A stretch of 64,000 nucleotides of DNA, taken from the NCBI GenBank assembly GCA_965237415.1, contig CBDEFM010000002.1, positions 3,680,001 to 3,744,000 of the forward strand, read 5' to 3'. A program made the translations under genes and the position numbers. The notes under the pieces were generated by a model, which saw nothing but the letters and a program-made list of their open reading frames with translations, had not been told where the DNA came from and ran no database searches. Every line of letters begins with the position of its first letter. Position 1 is the first letter of the stretch. Positions 51,249 to 61,037 of the stretch are shown here, piece by piece. Source of the DNA: Alphaproteobacteria bacterium (GTDB lineage Bacteria > Pseudomonadota > Alphaproteobacteria > UBA828).

Positions 51249-52517
51249 TCAGGATGCCGACGAACTCGCGTCCTCGAGCCGGTCGGAATAAATCAGGAGA
51301 GGATGTGCCCTGCCTTCGACCACTTCACGGTTGATGACGACCTCCTCGACCGAATCGTAGCCCGGCAAATCGAACATCGGATCGAGCAGGATGTCCTCGA
51401 GAATGGAACGCAGGCCGCGTGCGCCGGTCTTCCGCAAGATGGCCTTTTGGGCGACCGCGCGGAGCGCGTCCTCGGTGAAGGCCAGCGTCACGCTCTCCAT
51501 GTCGAACAGCCTCTCGTACTGCTTCACGAGCGCGTTCTTCGGCTTGACCAGAATCTCCACCAGCGCGTCCGCATCGAGGTCGTCGAGGGTCGCGATCACC
51601 GGCAGGCGGCCGACGAACTCGGGGATGAGCCCGAAGCCGAGCAGGTCTTCCGGCTCGACCTCGCGCAGAATCTCGCCGGTCTTCCGCTCGTCCGGTGCGC
51701 GCACATCGGCGCCGAAGCCGATCGCCATGCCGCGCCCGCGCTGGGCGATGATCTTCTCCAGACCCGAGAAGGCGCCGCCGCAGATGAACAGGATGTTGGT
51801 CGTGTCGACCTGCAGGAACTCCTGCTGCGGATGCTTGCGCCCGCCCTGGGGCGGGACCGAGGCCACGGTGCCTTCCATGATCTTGAGCAGCGCTTGCTGC
51901 ACGCCCTCGCCGGAGACATCCCGCGTGATCGACGGGTTGTCCGACTTGCGGGCGATCTTGTCCACCTCGTCCAGATAGACGATGCCGCGCTGGGCCCGCT
52001 CGACATTATAGTCGGCCGACTGGAGAAGTTTCAGGATGATGTTCTCGACATCCTCGCCGACGTAGCCGGCTTCGGTCAGCGTGGTTGCGTCGGCCATCGT
52101 GAAGGGCACGTCGAGGATGCGGGCCAATGTTTGAGCGAGCAGCGTCTTGCCGCAGCCGGTCGGCCCGACCAGCAGGATGTTGGACTTGGCGAGCTCGACC
52201 TCGTTGCCCTTGCTGCCGTGGGCGAGGCGCTTGTAGTGGTTGTGCACGGCGACGGAGAGCACCCGCTTGGCGTGGTCCTGACCGATCACGTAGTCGGACA
52301 GCACCTCGCAAATCTCGGCAGGTGTGGGTACGCCATCGCGGCTCTTCACCCGCGCGCTCTTGTGCTCCTCGCGGATGATGTCCATGCAGAGCTCGACGCA
52401 CTCGTCGCAGATGAACACCGTGGGCCCCGCGATGAGCTTGCGCACTTCGTGCTGGCTCTTTCCGCAGAAAGAGCAGTACAGCGTATTCTTCGAATCGCCG
52501 CCGCTGGACTTGTTCAT
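51249..52517 (-). CDS. clpX: ATP-dependent Clp protease ATP-binding subunit
   Basis: CSFCGK..CDEC zinc finger, [22 protein letters not shown]. Confidence 0.98.
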   Translation of the reverse strand: MNKSSGGDSKNTLYCSFCGKSQHEVRKLIAGPTVFICDECVELCMDIIREEHKSARVKSRDGVPTPAEICEVLSDYVIGQDHAKRVLSVAVHNHYKRLAHGSKGNEVELAKSNILLVGPTGCGKTLLAQTLARILDVPFTMADATTLTEAGYVGEDVENIILKLLQSADYNVERAQRGIVYLDEVDKIARKSDNPSITRDVSGEGVQQALLKIMEGTVASVPPQGGRKHPQQEFLQVDTTNILFICGGAFSGLEKIIAQRGRGMAIGFGADVRAPDERKTGEILREVEPEDLLGFGLIPEFVGRLPVIATLDDLDADALVEILVKPKNALVKQYERLFDMESVTLAFTEDALRAVAQKAILRKTGARGLRSILEDILLDPMFDLPGYDSVEEVVINREVVEGRAHPLLIYSDRLEDASSSAS

Positions 52518-52740
52518 GTCCGCTCCGTACCGCCGCTTGCCGGGACTCGTCTGCTAAAGCCGCCCTTAGGCCCGCGACGCTCCTCTCCAGACAACCCGAA
52601 CCCCGTGAGGTTGGCAAACACCTCGGCCCGTGTCTAGGCCCAACATTCGGTGTTTTCGAGGCCCAATATCTAGTGCTTTCCGCGCCAATCCGCAGGCTGG
52701 AGGTACCACGCCAAAAATCGACTCCGGCGGGCCGCGATCT

Positions 52741-53400
52741 CTAGCTTCCCTTCTTGGCGCCGCCCTTGTCATCCGATTCGTCGGCAGCCTCCGGCCGCTG
52801 CGAGACCACATCGTCCACGATCCCGAACTCCTTGGCTTCGTCCGGAGTCATGAATTTGTCGCGCTCGAGACTATCCTCGATGACCGCAATATCCTGGCCG
52901 GTGTGGTTCACGTAAATCTCATTGAGGCGCTGACGCAGCGAAAGGATCTCCTTGGCGTGAATCGCGATGTCGGTCGCTTGCCCCTGAAAGCCGCCGGACG
53001 GCTGGTGCAGCATGATGCGGGCGTTGGGCAACGTGAAGCGCTGCCCCGCGGCGCCGGCCGCCAACAGCAGCGAGCCCATGGAGGCCGCCTGGCCGATGCA
53101 GAGCGTGGCCACCGCCGGCCGCACGTACTGCATCGTGTCGTAAATCGCGAGGCCCGATGTCACGAGGCCGCCGGGGCTGTTGATATAGACCGAGACGTCC
53201 TTGGTCGGATTCTCGGATTCCAAGAACAAGAGCTGAGCTGTAATCAGGCTCGCGACCTCATCGCCGATGCCGCCGGTCAGAAAGATGATCCGCTCCTTGA
53301 GCAAGCGCGAGTAAATGTCGTAGGCGCGCTCGCCCCGGTTGGTCTGCTCCACGACCATGGGCACGAGGGTATTGGCGTAGGTCTCGACGATATCCGCCAT
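52741..53400 (-). CDS. clpP: Clp protease proteolytic subunit
   Basis: [30 protein letters not shown]. Confidence 0.98.
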   Translation of the reverse strand: MADIVETYANTLVPMVVEQTNRGERAYDIYSRLLKERIIFLTGGIGDEVASLITAQLLFLESENPTKDVSVYINSPGGLVTSGLAIYDTMQYVRPAVATLCIGQAASMGSLLLAAGAAGQRFTLPNARIMLHQPSGGFQGQATDIAIHAKEILSLRQRLNEIYVNHTGQDIAVIEDSLERDKFMTPDEAKEFGIVDDVVSQRPEAADESDDKGGAKKGS

Positions 53401-53426
53401 GACGCTCTTCCTTCCGGCGAGGGGGC

Positions 53427-54863
53427 TCAGCCCGACTTGTCCGGCGCGGTGCTCTCGCCCTCATCGGCCGCAGCACTCTCGTCCTCACCGGCCTGGGCTG
53501 TTTCGGAGTCCGACGATTCCTCGTCCTCGTCCGGGTCGCGCAGCAACGTCTCCACATCGACCACCTGATCCGAGACCGTGGCGAGCTCGCTCAAGAAGGC
53601 GATCACCTTGTCCTCGAATACCGTGGGGCGGAATCGTTCGAGCGCCTGCGGTTGGTTCCTGTAGTAATCGAGGAGACGCTGGGGCTCGGGATGCCCGCGG
53701 GCGCTCATCATGGCGGCGCGGAGCAGATCCTCCTGCTCGACCGTGATGTCGTTGGCGCCGCCGATCTCGGCGATCAGGAGGCCGAGACGCACGCGCCGCT
53801 CGGCAATCTGGCGGAACTCTTCCCGCGCCTCCTCCTCCGTTTGATCGAGGAGCGTGGCGATTTCCGTCTCGGCTCTCTTGGCGTCGTTCTCGACCTGCTG
53901 CCAGACGGCGTCGAACTCGCGCTCGACCATGCCGGGCGGCACCTCGAATTTATAGCGCTCGTCGAGGACATCGAGAAGCGAGCGCTTGAGCCGGGCCTGC
54001 GAGACCTGCTCGTACTCCGACTGAATTTGATCGCGCACCACGCCGCGCAACTCGTCCAGGTCCTTGGCGCCGCGGCGCTCGGCAAAAGCTTCGTCGACCG
54101 TCACGGGCAGCCGCTCCCGCACCTCCTTGACCGTGATCTTGAATTGGGTGGCGGAATCGGCCGCTCCGGCCTGATCCTCCGCGCCGTCTTCGGCCTCGGG
54201 CGCTGGACGGGTGATCGTCACCTCGCGTTCCTCGCCGGCCTCCGCGCCAACGAGCTGCTCGGTCATTTCGGGCATGAGCGCTTCGGCATCGAGCTCGAGC
54301 GGTACGTCCGTGCCGCTCCGCTCGGGCGCCGGTTTGCCGTCGACTTCGACGGCGATGTCGACCAGGATTTCGTCGCCTTTCCGCGCCGGCCTCGGCTCGC
54401 CGACCGGCTCGAAACGCTTCTCGGCTTCGGCGAGGCGCGCAATCGCGTCCGCCACCGATTCGTCGCTCACCTCGGCCTTGAGCCGCGTAACAGCGAGCTC
54501 GGAGAAATCGCCGAGCTCGATGTTCGGCAAGACCTCCATCCCCATGGTGAACTCGAGATCCTTGCCTTCGTCGTAAGACGTGATCTCGATCTCGGGCTGC
54601 ATGGCCGGGCGCAGCTCACGCTCCTCGGCGACCTCGCGCCAGCTCGTCTCGATCGTCTGCTGCAGGACCTCGCCCAGCACGCGCGGCTGGTATTGACGGC
54701 GCACGATCGAGAGCGGCACCTTGCCGCGCCGGAAGCCCTTCATGGTCACGGTCTTGCGCAACTCGTCGAGCCGCCCCTCGATATCGGCTTCGAGGTCGGC
54801 GGCGGGCACCGTCACCTTGAGCTCGCGCCTCAGTCCTTCCGCGAGGGTCTCCGTCACCTGCAT
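53427..54863 (-). CDS. tig: Trigger factor
   Basis: MQVTET...[21 protein letters not shown]. Upstream of clpP. Confidence 0.95.
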   Translation of the reverse strand: MQVTETLAEGLRRELKVTVPAADLEADIEGRLDELRKTVTMKGFRRGKVPLSIVRRQYQPRVLGEVLQQTIETSWREVAEERELRPAMQPEIEITSYDEGKDLEFTMGMEVLPNIELGDFSELAVTRLKAEVSDESVADAIARLAEAEKRFEPVGEPRPARKGDEILVDIAVEVDGKPAPERSGTDVPLELDAEALMPEMTEQLVGAEAGEEREVTITRPAPEAEDGAEDQAGAADSATQFKITVKEVRERLPVTVDEAFAERRGAKDLDELRGVVRDQIQSEYEQVSQARLKRSLLDVLDERYKFEVPPGMVEREFDAVWQQVENDAKRAETEIATLLDQTEEEAREEFRQIAERRVRLGLLIAEIGGANDITVEQEDLLRAAMMSARGHPEPQRLLDYYRNQPQALERFRPTVFEDKVIAFLSELATVSDQVVDVETLLRDPDEDEESSDSETAQAGEDESAAADEGESTAPDKSG

Positions 54864-54929
54864 GGTCTAGCGCTCATGTCGCACTCCGTATGTCCGGCAT
54901 GCGCCGGTTGGGGCGGGCTGCGTCGGCGA

Positions 54930-55015
54930 TGGTGCGGGCGAAGGGATTCGAACCCCCACGGCCTTAGCCACGTGGTCCTAAGCCACGCGCGTCTACCAAA
55001 TTCCGCCACGCCCGC
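54930..55015 (-). tRNA. tRNA-Leu (TAG)
   Basis: GCGGGCGTGGCGGAATTTGGTAGACGCGCGTGGCTTAGGACCACG...GGTTCGAATCCCTTCGCCCGCACCA with long variable arm. Confidence 0.95.
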
Positions 55016-55165
55016 GCGCCTGCCGCGCCCCCTCACTGGTGAGCCGCCCCGGTGCGGAGCGGCGTAGGGCGCCCTATAGCATAGAAGGGCGGCCCTAAGT
55101 CAAAAAGCCGTTGACGGGCGTTTCCGCCTTGAATGCGGGCGAGCGGGCTGATGATATCGCCGTGC

Positions 55166-55255
55166 GGATGGGTGGCCGAGCGGTTGAAGGCACCGGTCTT
55201 GAAAACCGGCAGGGGCGCGAGTCCCTCGTGGGTTCGAATCCCACCCCATCCGCCA
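55166..55255 (+). tRNA. tRNA-Ser (TGA)
   Basis: GGATGGGTGGCCGAGCGGTTGAAGGCACCGGTCTTGAAAACCGG...GGTTCGAATCCCACCCCATCCGCCA. Confidence 0.96.
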
Positions 55256-55300
55256 CCAAGTGGGCCGGTGCCTCGCCGGCCGGCCGGAGCTTGCCGGCGC

Positions 55301-55558
55301 TCAAAGGTCCATATCCAGTTGGCCGGCCGCCGCATCCGGTGACAGCCCAGCTTCGGTCAACGCCTTGTAGGACCGCGCCACGCCCGCGAAGTCCGACGCG
55401 CGGAGCGAGTCGAACGACAGCGCCAGGTCCGGCGCATCGAGCTTCACCGCAAGCTCGGCTTCCGCGATCCGGGCCAGCGGCTGCAGGGTCAGCCGCTCAA
55501 AGCGGCGGTAGGCTTCCCGCGCCAGGGTGCCGTCGCCTTTCACCAGTCCGGCCAGCAC
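55301..55558 (-). pseudogene. Phage portal protein C-terminal remnant
   Basis: REAYRRF...TLQPLARIAEAELAVKL....SFDSL.ASD..G.AR....L..AG resembles HK97-type portal C-termini. No upstream part present. Confidence 0.6.
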
Positions 55559-55765
55559 TGGATCAACACCGCCCGCGGGCAGTGCGGATGGTAGCAGCAG
55601 CCGGAGGGCGGGTCGGCGACGTCACCGCCCCAGTCGGGGGCCGCCTCGCCCCGCACGCGGTGCACCTTGTCATAGCCGGTCAGATGTGCCTGGAACCTTT
55701 GCCGGGCTTCGGCTCCGCCTCGCCTCGATTCCAGGCAATCTCCACGGCCAATCCGCTGTTTGCAC

Positions 55766-56632
55766 TCACGCGTCCTTGGCGCCGATGCGGGCGGCGATGG
55801 CCACGATCCGGTGCATCTCGCGAAGAACCGGCTTCTCGATGAGCTTGCCGTCGATGACCACCAGCCCGGTATCGGCTGCCTCGAACTCGGCGATGATGCG
55901 CCGTGCCCGGGCAATCCGGTCGGCCGAAGGTGTGAACACCGCGTTGAGCGCTTCGATTTGCTTGGGGTGCACCGCGCCCTTCCCGGAAAAGCCCAGATCC
56001 CGCGCCTGGATCGCGGCGCGCTTCATGCCGTCCAGGTCCTGAAGATCGAGATAAGGCACGTCGATCACATCCAGCCCGGCGCTGGCCGCGGCGTGGACCA
56101 CGCGCGAGCGGGCATAGAGCAGCGGCTCCCATTCGTTCCGGCAGCGCAGCTCGGCGGCCATGTCGACGCCGCCGAAGAACATCGCGTCGATGCGCGGGCT
56201 GCAATGGGCGATGTCATAGGCAGCCTCGAGCCCGGCATTGGTCTCGATGATCACGTGCAGGCGGGTGTCGTGGCCACGCTCGGTCAGCAGGTTGTCGAGC
56301 ATCGCCACCTCGTCCGGCGTGCGCACCTTGGGCATCATCAGCGCGGGCGGGGGCGTGTCCGTGGCCAGGACCGCCTGCACATCCGCAATGCCGAAGCCTT
56401 CACGCAGCGAGTTGATGCGGACGATCCGCTCGACCCCGTCATCGGCCTGCGGGCTCTCGAAGAGCTTCATCGCATTGGCCCGCGCCGCCGCTTTGTCTTT
56501 GGGCGCGATCCCGTCCTCGAGCTCGACACAGACGATATCCGCCCCGGTCGCCAGGGCTTTCGGAAACATCTCGGGCCGCAAGCCCGGCGTGAAGATGAAC
56601 GACCGGCGGGGGCGAATGCTGGGTGCAGGCAT
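55766..56632 (-). CDS. CitE/HpcH-family CoA-ester lyase (citrate lyase beta / citramalyl-CoA lyase-like)
   Basis: RRSFIFTPG, ELEDG, VRIN, PKV, IIET, FGGVD, GKGAVHPKQI, IDGKLIE.P. Confidence 0.9.
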   Translation of the reverse strand: MPAPSIRPRRSFIFTPGLRPEMFPKALATGADIVCVELEDGIAPKDKAAARANAMKLFESPQADDGVERIVRINSLREGFGIADVQAVLATDTPPPALMMPKVRTPDEVAMLDNLLTERGHDTRLHVIIETNAGLEAAYDIAHCSPRIDAMFFGGVDMAAELRCRNEWEPLLYARSRVVHAAASAGLDVIDVPYLDLQDLDGMKRAAIQARDLGFSGKGAVHPKQIEALNAVFTPSADRIARARRIIAEFEAADTGLVVIDGKLIEKPVLREMHRIVAIAARIGAKDA

Positions 56633-56854
56633 GCGGGGATCTTCTCTGTCGTGCGGTCCGATGGATCAGTCGCCTCACCGGGCGGGGTTGTCAATCGATC
56701 GCTTCAACACATGGCCATTGCTGACCATCTGGATCTCGCAGAGTCGACACGCTGCGCTAAGCCGGGGATCCGCGCGTCGCCCCCGCTGCCGAGCTCGATA
56801 CACCACTCCCGGGACACAACTACCCCAACCAAACAGGCGGCTCTCGGCGGATGG

Positions 56855-57079
56855 CTACGAACAACATCCATTGCTGGCTTGTACCGGCGGACAGGGCACG
56901 GTCGCGTATGAACAATAAACGCAGCAGTCGCCTGGTTCGGGCTTCAAGAGCATCCCGCAATGACTGCAATCGTAGAACCACTGACAGGCGTCGGTCGGCA
57001 TCGTCTCCGTCTTGGAGTGACCGCACGCGGGGCAGGTGATGGTGCTCTCGAGTATCACTGCTGCCTGTTGCGCCACCAT
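56855..57079 (-). CDS. GDCCVxC domain small cysteine-rich protein
   Basis: STITCPACGH...E.MPTDACQWFYDC..C...LKP.PGDCCVYCSY..VPCPP.Q. Confidence 0.9.
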   Translation of the reverse strand: MVAQQAAVILESTITCPACGHSKTETMPTDACQWFYDCSHCGMLLKPEPGDCCVYCSYATVPCPPVQASNGCCS

Positions 57080-57219
57080 ATCGCGCACCCCGTGATTGCA
57101 AGTTAGACCAGAAGCGTCGGGAGCAGGACCCGATCGGGATTTCCGCCATAGGCCGAAAGACCTGAGGCCGCGCGGGTCCTTCCCATGGACTACGGAGACA
57201 AGCTCACGCCGGAGGTTGA

Positions 57220-58215
57220 TCAGAGAGCGAAGGGGAGGTCCGCGCGGAAGCCGGCTGCGGCGTTCCTGGCCTGCGTCGCCGCGTCGTCGCCGTCCGGGAG
57301 AAGCGCGCAGAACGCATCGATCGCGGCATCGCCGAGCGGCACCCATTTCGCGAGCCAAGTCCGCGCCGCCTCGGCATTGGCGTCCTCGGCTGCGGCGAAG
57401 CGCGAGAGAGCCACCGACCAGCGCCTGGAGCGGTCGCTGTCGCGAAGCTGGGCGCCCATCAGAAGGCTCAGCAGGGTGTCGTCGCGACGTCGCGCGGCGG
57501 CGGCGAACTGACGGAGATAGGCCTCGTCGATCGCGGGCTTGGCGACCAGGTTGAGGGCCACGAACGCCTCCGCCCAGTCGAAGGTGACGAGGACGCGCTC
57601 CATCAGCTCGCGAAAGCCTTGCCACGCCGCATGACCCTCCCAATGGGCCCGTTCGTCACTCGCGAAACCGAGCGATGGATGACTGTTGGCGAGCTCTCGG
57701 GTGCGATAGGCGATGCGCGAAACCCAGCGGAGCGCGTCACCGGCCTGAAACATGAAGCAGTTCGCAATGGTGCTCGCCGGCGCCATGTGGACGTTGTAGG
57801 CCGAGGCCATCTGGACCGTGTGCATCAGATAGCGGCCGGGCGTGTAGAGCGTCGCGAGCGTCGGCAGCCAGTCTTCGGCAAGCCCCTCGTCATGGCGGAG
57901 CTCGTCATGCTCGTCCAAGAGCCCCTCGACATGCGCCTCCTGCCCGTCCTGCAGGATGTTGTAGGTTCGGTACACGAGTTCATCGGGATCGCGAAACGTA
58001 TCCCACGCCTCGTGCGTCCAGGGGCTCCCGGTACGATGCTTGCGGTACCAGTCGCTCATGAAGCCCTCGGGCGCGACTTCCCAAGGCATCTGGGGATGGT
58101 CCGTGCTCCACAGGAGATGGGTCGAGACGATCTCGTACTCGCTCGGCCGGCGCCGACGGTCGGCGAGATGACTCCATGTCCGCTGCGGTCCGAGTGCGTC
58201 CTGCTGATCGCTCAT
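57220..58215 (-). CDS. Aromatic/alkene monooxygenase hydroxylase beta subunit (TmoE/TouE-like)
   Basis: TWSHLA..RRRPSEYEIVS, FRDPDELVYRTYN..QDGQE, WQGFREL.E..L..FDWAEAF. Confidence 0.92.
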   Translation of the reverse strand: MSDQQDALGPQRTWSHLADRRRRPSEYEIVSTHLLWSTDHPQMPWEVAPEGFMSDWYRKHRTGSPWTHEAWDTFRDPDELVYRTYNILQDGQEAHVEGLLDEHDELRHDEGLAEDWLPTLATLYTPGRYLMHTVQMASAYNVHMAPASTIANCFMFQAGDALRWVSRIAYRTRELANSHPSLGFASDERAHWEGHAAWQGFRELMERVLVTFDWAEAFVALNLVAKPAIDEAYLRQFAAAARRRDDTLLSLLMGAQLRDSDRSRRWSVALSRFAAAEDANAEAARTWLAKWVPLGDAAIDAFCALLPDGDDAATQARNAAAGFRADLPFAL

Positions 58216-58269
58216 CCTTCGCCCTCTCCCGCTGCCCTGCGGGCGCGGCCGCGTCGCCGACTGGCGGCC

Positions 58270-58587
58270 CTATAGAATCCTCTCGCGATAGAACCTGACA
58301 TGATCGGTGCTGGTCTCGATCTGGCCGGCGAACGCGCTCATGTCGATCTCGAGCTCCTGCATCTTGAACGGTCGGCCCAGCATGTCAGCGACCGTCTCGC
58401 GCCGGATGACGCACTCGCCTTCGATCTGCACGCGCACATAGGAGGCGCGCCGCTCGATCAGCACCTCCTTGTCCGGATTGTCCTCGCGGATCGCTTCGAT
58501 CACGGCTTCGGCGAGTTCGCCGGTCTGCAGCACCGGACCGACCAGGTTGTGCCGTGCGTCCGTACGGCCAACGATTTCGGCACTCAT
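58270..58587 (-). CDS. Monooxygenase effector/coupling protein (TmoD, MmoB/DmpM family)
   Basis: NLVGPVL..GELAEAVIEA..EDNP.KE, YVR, LGRPF.MQELE...S.FAGQI. Confidence 0.92.
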   Translation of the reverse strand: MSAEIVGRTDARHNLVGPVLQTGELAEAVIEAIREDNPDKEVLIERRASYVRVQIEGECVIRRETVADMLGRPFKMQELEIDMSAFAGQIETSTDHVRFYRERIL

Positions 58588-58624
58588 GGCTATCCCCGGC
58601 TCTTCGCGGCGGCACGTCCGCCGA

Positions 58625-58879
58625 TCATTCGAAATAGACCTCGACGGAGTTCATCGGCTCGAGCCCCGCCTCGGACGCCGTCATGTCGGCCGGAAAGGGC
58701 TCGTCATTGCCATGCAGGCGCACCCGCATGGCCTTGCCTGGCTGCGCTGCGATATGGACCCCGACGCAATTCTGGGCGGCGGCTTGGGCGACCTCCGCCA
58801 TGGTGCTCTCGGTGTCGGTCATGAAGAGCTTGAGGACGAAATCGCCCTCGAAGTTCGAGATGAGAGGCAAGTCCGCCAC
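58625..58879 (-). CDS. Monooxygenase gamma subunit (TmoB-like)
   Basis: PL.SNFEGDFVL.L...D...TM.EVA...A..CVG, P.P.DMT..EAGL.P. GTG start after a GAGG RBS. Confidence 0.88.
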   Translation of the reverse strand: MADLPLISNFEGDFVLKLFMTDTESTMAEVAQAAAQNCVGVHIAAQPGKAMRVRLHGNDEPFPADMTASEAGLEPMNSVEVYFE

Positions 58880-58908
58880 GGCCGTTCCTCTCTGACGCTT
58901 TGCCCGGG

Positions 58909-60402
58909 TCACGCCGTCTTGCGTTGGTCCCGATAGTGCTCGACCCACTTATATTGATGAGCGTCGTCGCCGCCCGGGCTCACCACGCCGATGCCCATGT
59001 AGTTCAGGACGCCTTCGAGCGAGGGCGGGTCGATCAGACCGCCGAGCAGGCGGTCGACGATGGTCATGTGGCTCTTGTAGCGCGCCGGATCCTGCTCGAA
59101 GACCCATTTGTCCACATGCGAACCGAAATGGTAGGTGCGCCCGTCCAGCGTGAGCGTCGTGTCTCCAAATCCCCCAAAGGGGCGGCCGACGATCGGCAGG
59201 TTGGACAGGTTGCACAGGATCGGCAGGGTGCCCGGAACGGTCTTTTCGGGCCGTCCGTTGAGCAGGTTGTCGATAATGACGTCCCAGACCTTGCCGAAGG
59301 AATCGTTCCAGCCCGGATACTTCTCCTCGAGCCATTCGCGCTCGTCCGGGCTCACCCCTGCGGCCGGCGACCACCAGATTGTCGGCCGCCATGACCAGGT
59401 GCCGAGCTGCTGCGCATGGTGATGCACGTCGAGCTCGCTGACGAAGAAATCCCAATACCACGGCTTCTCCAGACCGAGGTCCGTCAGGGCGCGCAGGAAC
59501 TGGGTGATGATCCACTCCTCCATGAACTCCTTGAAGGAGCCCTCACGCTGATCCAGCGGCAAGTAGTAGTCCATCGGCAGCCCGGTCAGGATCGCGAACA
59601 GCTTCCACGAGCGCCAGAAGGCGATGTCGATCAGCTTCTGCGCTTCTTCCTTCTTGCCGTTCTCGACCATGATCCGGAGCAGCGGCGTGCCGATCTGCGC
59701 GTGACGCGCCTCGTCGGACTGAATGCTCTGGATCAGCTTGGCGAAGCTGTAGTCGCCGGCCTTGGCCGCATCCGCCGCGAGGCCGATGAATTGCAGGTTG
59801 GTGTAGCCGGTCTCGAAGGCGAAGTTGAGCAGGATCGAGGTGGAGACCACGTCGCGCGTCATCATGGTGTCGTCGAAGAAATGCCGCGCGGCGATGACAC
59901 CCCAGTTGTTGGTGTGGAACGCCTGAACCGCCCAGTCGAACTGCCGGTCCTTGCTGATGTATTCGTGCGGGAAGTAAAGCTGGAGCTGCGTGTGTCTGAG
60001 CTCGTCGAGCATGCCAAAGGTCGCCATGTTGCGCATGCTCGGCGCCTTCGCGAAACGTACGAAACGGGCTTCCATCAGAGCGGCCGCGTATTCGACCAGC
60101 GCTATTGCGCCGTAGTGCTCCTTCAGGGTGTTGATCCAGCCCGGGTCGCCGTTCTCGTAGAGCTGCATCCGCTCGAGCGCGGCGCGCACCGAGTAGGCGC
60201 CGGCATCCTTCTGGCGCTGGATCTCGACATACTCGCGGAACGAGACCTTGTAGGGTTCGTCATAGCCTTCCCATGCTTCGTCCGGGATCCCCTCGCCGCC
60301 GCTCAGCGCGGTCGGGTAGAGCTCCTCCTGCGTGACGAATGACGGGGTCCAGTTGGTATCGCGGGCGAGGTCGTACCACTCGGAGCGGTCGAGTAGGGCC
60401 AT
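58909..60402 (-). CDS. Soluble diiron monooxygenase alpha subunit (TmoA/TouA/TbuA1-like)
   Basis: WYDLARDTNWTPS N-terminus. Iron ligands E104, E134xxH137, E197, E231xxH234, plus T201/N202. Confidence 0.95.
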   Translation of the reverse strand: MALLDRSEWYDLARDTNWTPSFVTQEELYPTALSGGEGIPDEAWEGYDEPYKVSFREYVEIQRQKDAGAYSVRAALERMQLYENGDPGWINTLKEHYGAIALVEYAAALMEARFVRFAKAPSMRNMATFGMLDELRHTQLQLYFPHEYISKDRQFDWAVQAFHTNNWGVIAARHFFDDTMMTRDVVSTSILLNFAFETGYTNLQFIGLAADAAKAGDYSFAKLIQSIQSDEARHAQIGTPLLRIMVENGKKEEAQKLIDIAFWRSWKLFAILTGLPMDYYLPLDQREGSFKEFMEEWIITQFLRALTDLGLEKPWYWDFFVSELDVHHHAQQLGTWSWRPTIWWSPAAGVSPDEREWLEEKYPGWNDSFGKVWDVIIDNLLNGRPEKTVPGTLPILCNLSNLPIVGRPFGGFGDTTLTLDGRTYHFGSHVDKWVFEQDPARYKSHMTIVDRLLGGLIDPPSLEGVLNYMGIGVVSPGGDDAHQYKWVEHYRDQRKTA

Positions 60403-60702
60403 TCGTTCCTCCCTTCCCAGCGAAGTCGCCTTCGCTGCCTGCCGCTAGCTTCTCAATCCGATGGTGCGGTATGAGCGTGGCCCTTGCAAGCGCCAAATGG
60501 GTGCTGCTGGACCCCGGCGCCGGGCCGCGCCTCCTCGGTCGGCAACCCGAAACCGTCGCGCGCCCGCCGTGTCTTTCGATGCACTCCCCGGTTAGAGACA
60601 CCAGCAGGCGCGCAGGCCCTGCTAGGCAAGCCACGCGGATCCGGGGCGGAAGTCCGTGCCGTCGCGCCCTTTGATTGCGAGCAATGTTGGTCTCAGTGGT
60701 TG

Positions 60703-60755
60703 CCTGCCCCCGCAACCGATCAAGTCCCTGGAAATGACGGTATTTCCGGGGGCTT
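60703..60755 (+). other. tRNA-fMet 3'-end-like 15-mer followed by a terminator-like hairpin (possible att scar)
   Basis: CCTGCCCCCGCAACC, then AAGTCCCTGGAAAT-loop-ATTTCCGGGGGCTT. Confidence 0.5.
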
Positions 60756-61037
60756 TCGAATTTGGGTCCGAATCTCAATCCGAGAAACGTAAGCGCTCCG
60801 TAAGCGGATTCAATCCAAGCCGTGCGCAGTTCCGCGTGGCTTTGTCGGTAGTGACCTGCCCCCATGGGGTGGTCCGCTTTGAATGTTAGTTGAGCGCTGT
60901 CGATCCGATGTCCGCGCCGCAGCGCCCAACGTCAGTCAGGCTTTGTATGTGAAACTCCTGCCGCAAGCTGGTGCCGGCCTTGGGTTGGAGATTTCAGGCG
61001 GCTAGGACCGGAGCCTCGTTTCCGCCAGGCAGTTTCG

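Noticed and set aside
56855-57079. Selenoprotein form of GDCCVxC
   Set aside because: No internal in-frame TGA. All motif positions are Cys.
60403-60700. Sigma-54 promoter for the monooxygenase
   Set aside because: I found no correctly spaced -24 GG / -12 GC motif on the minus strand.
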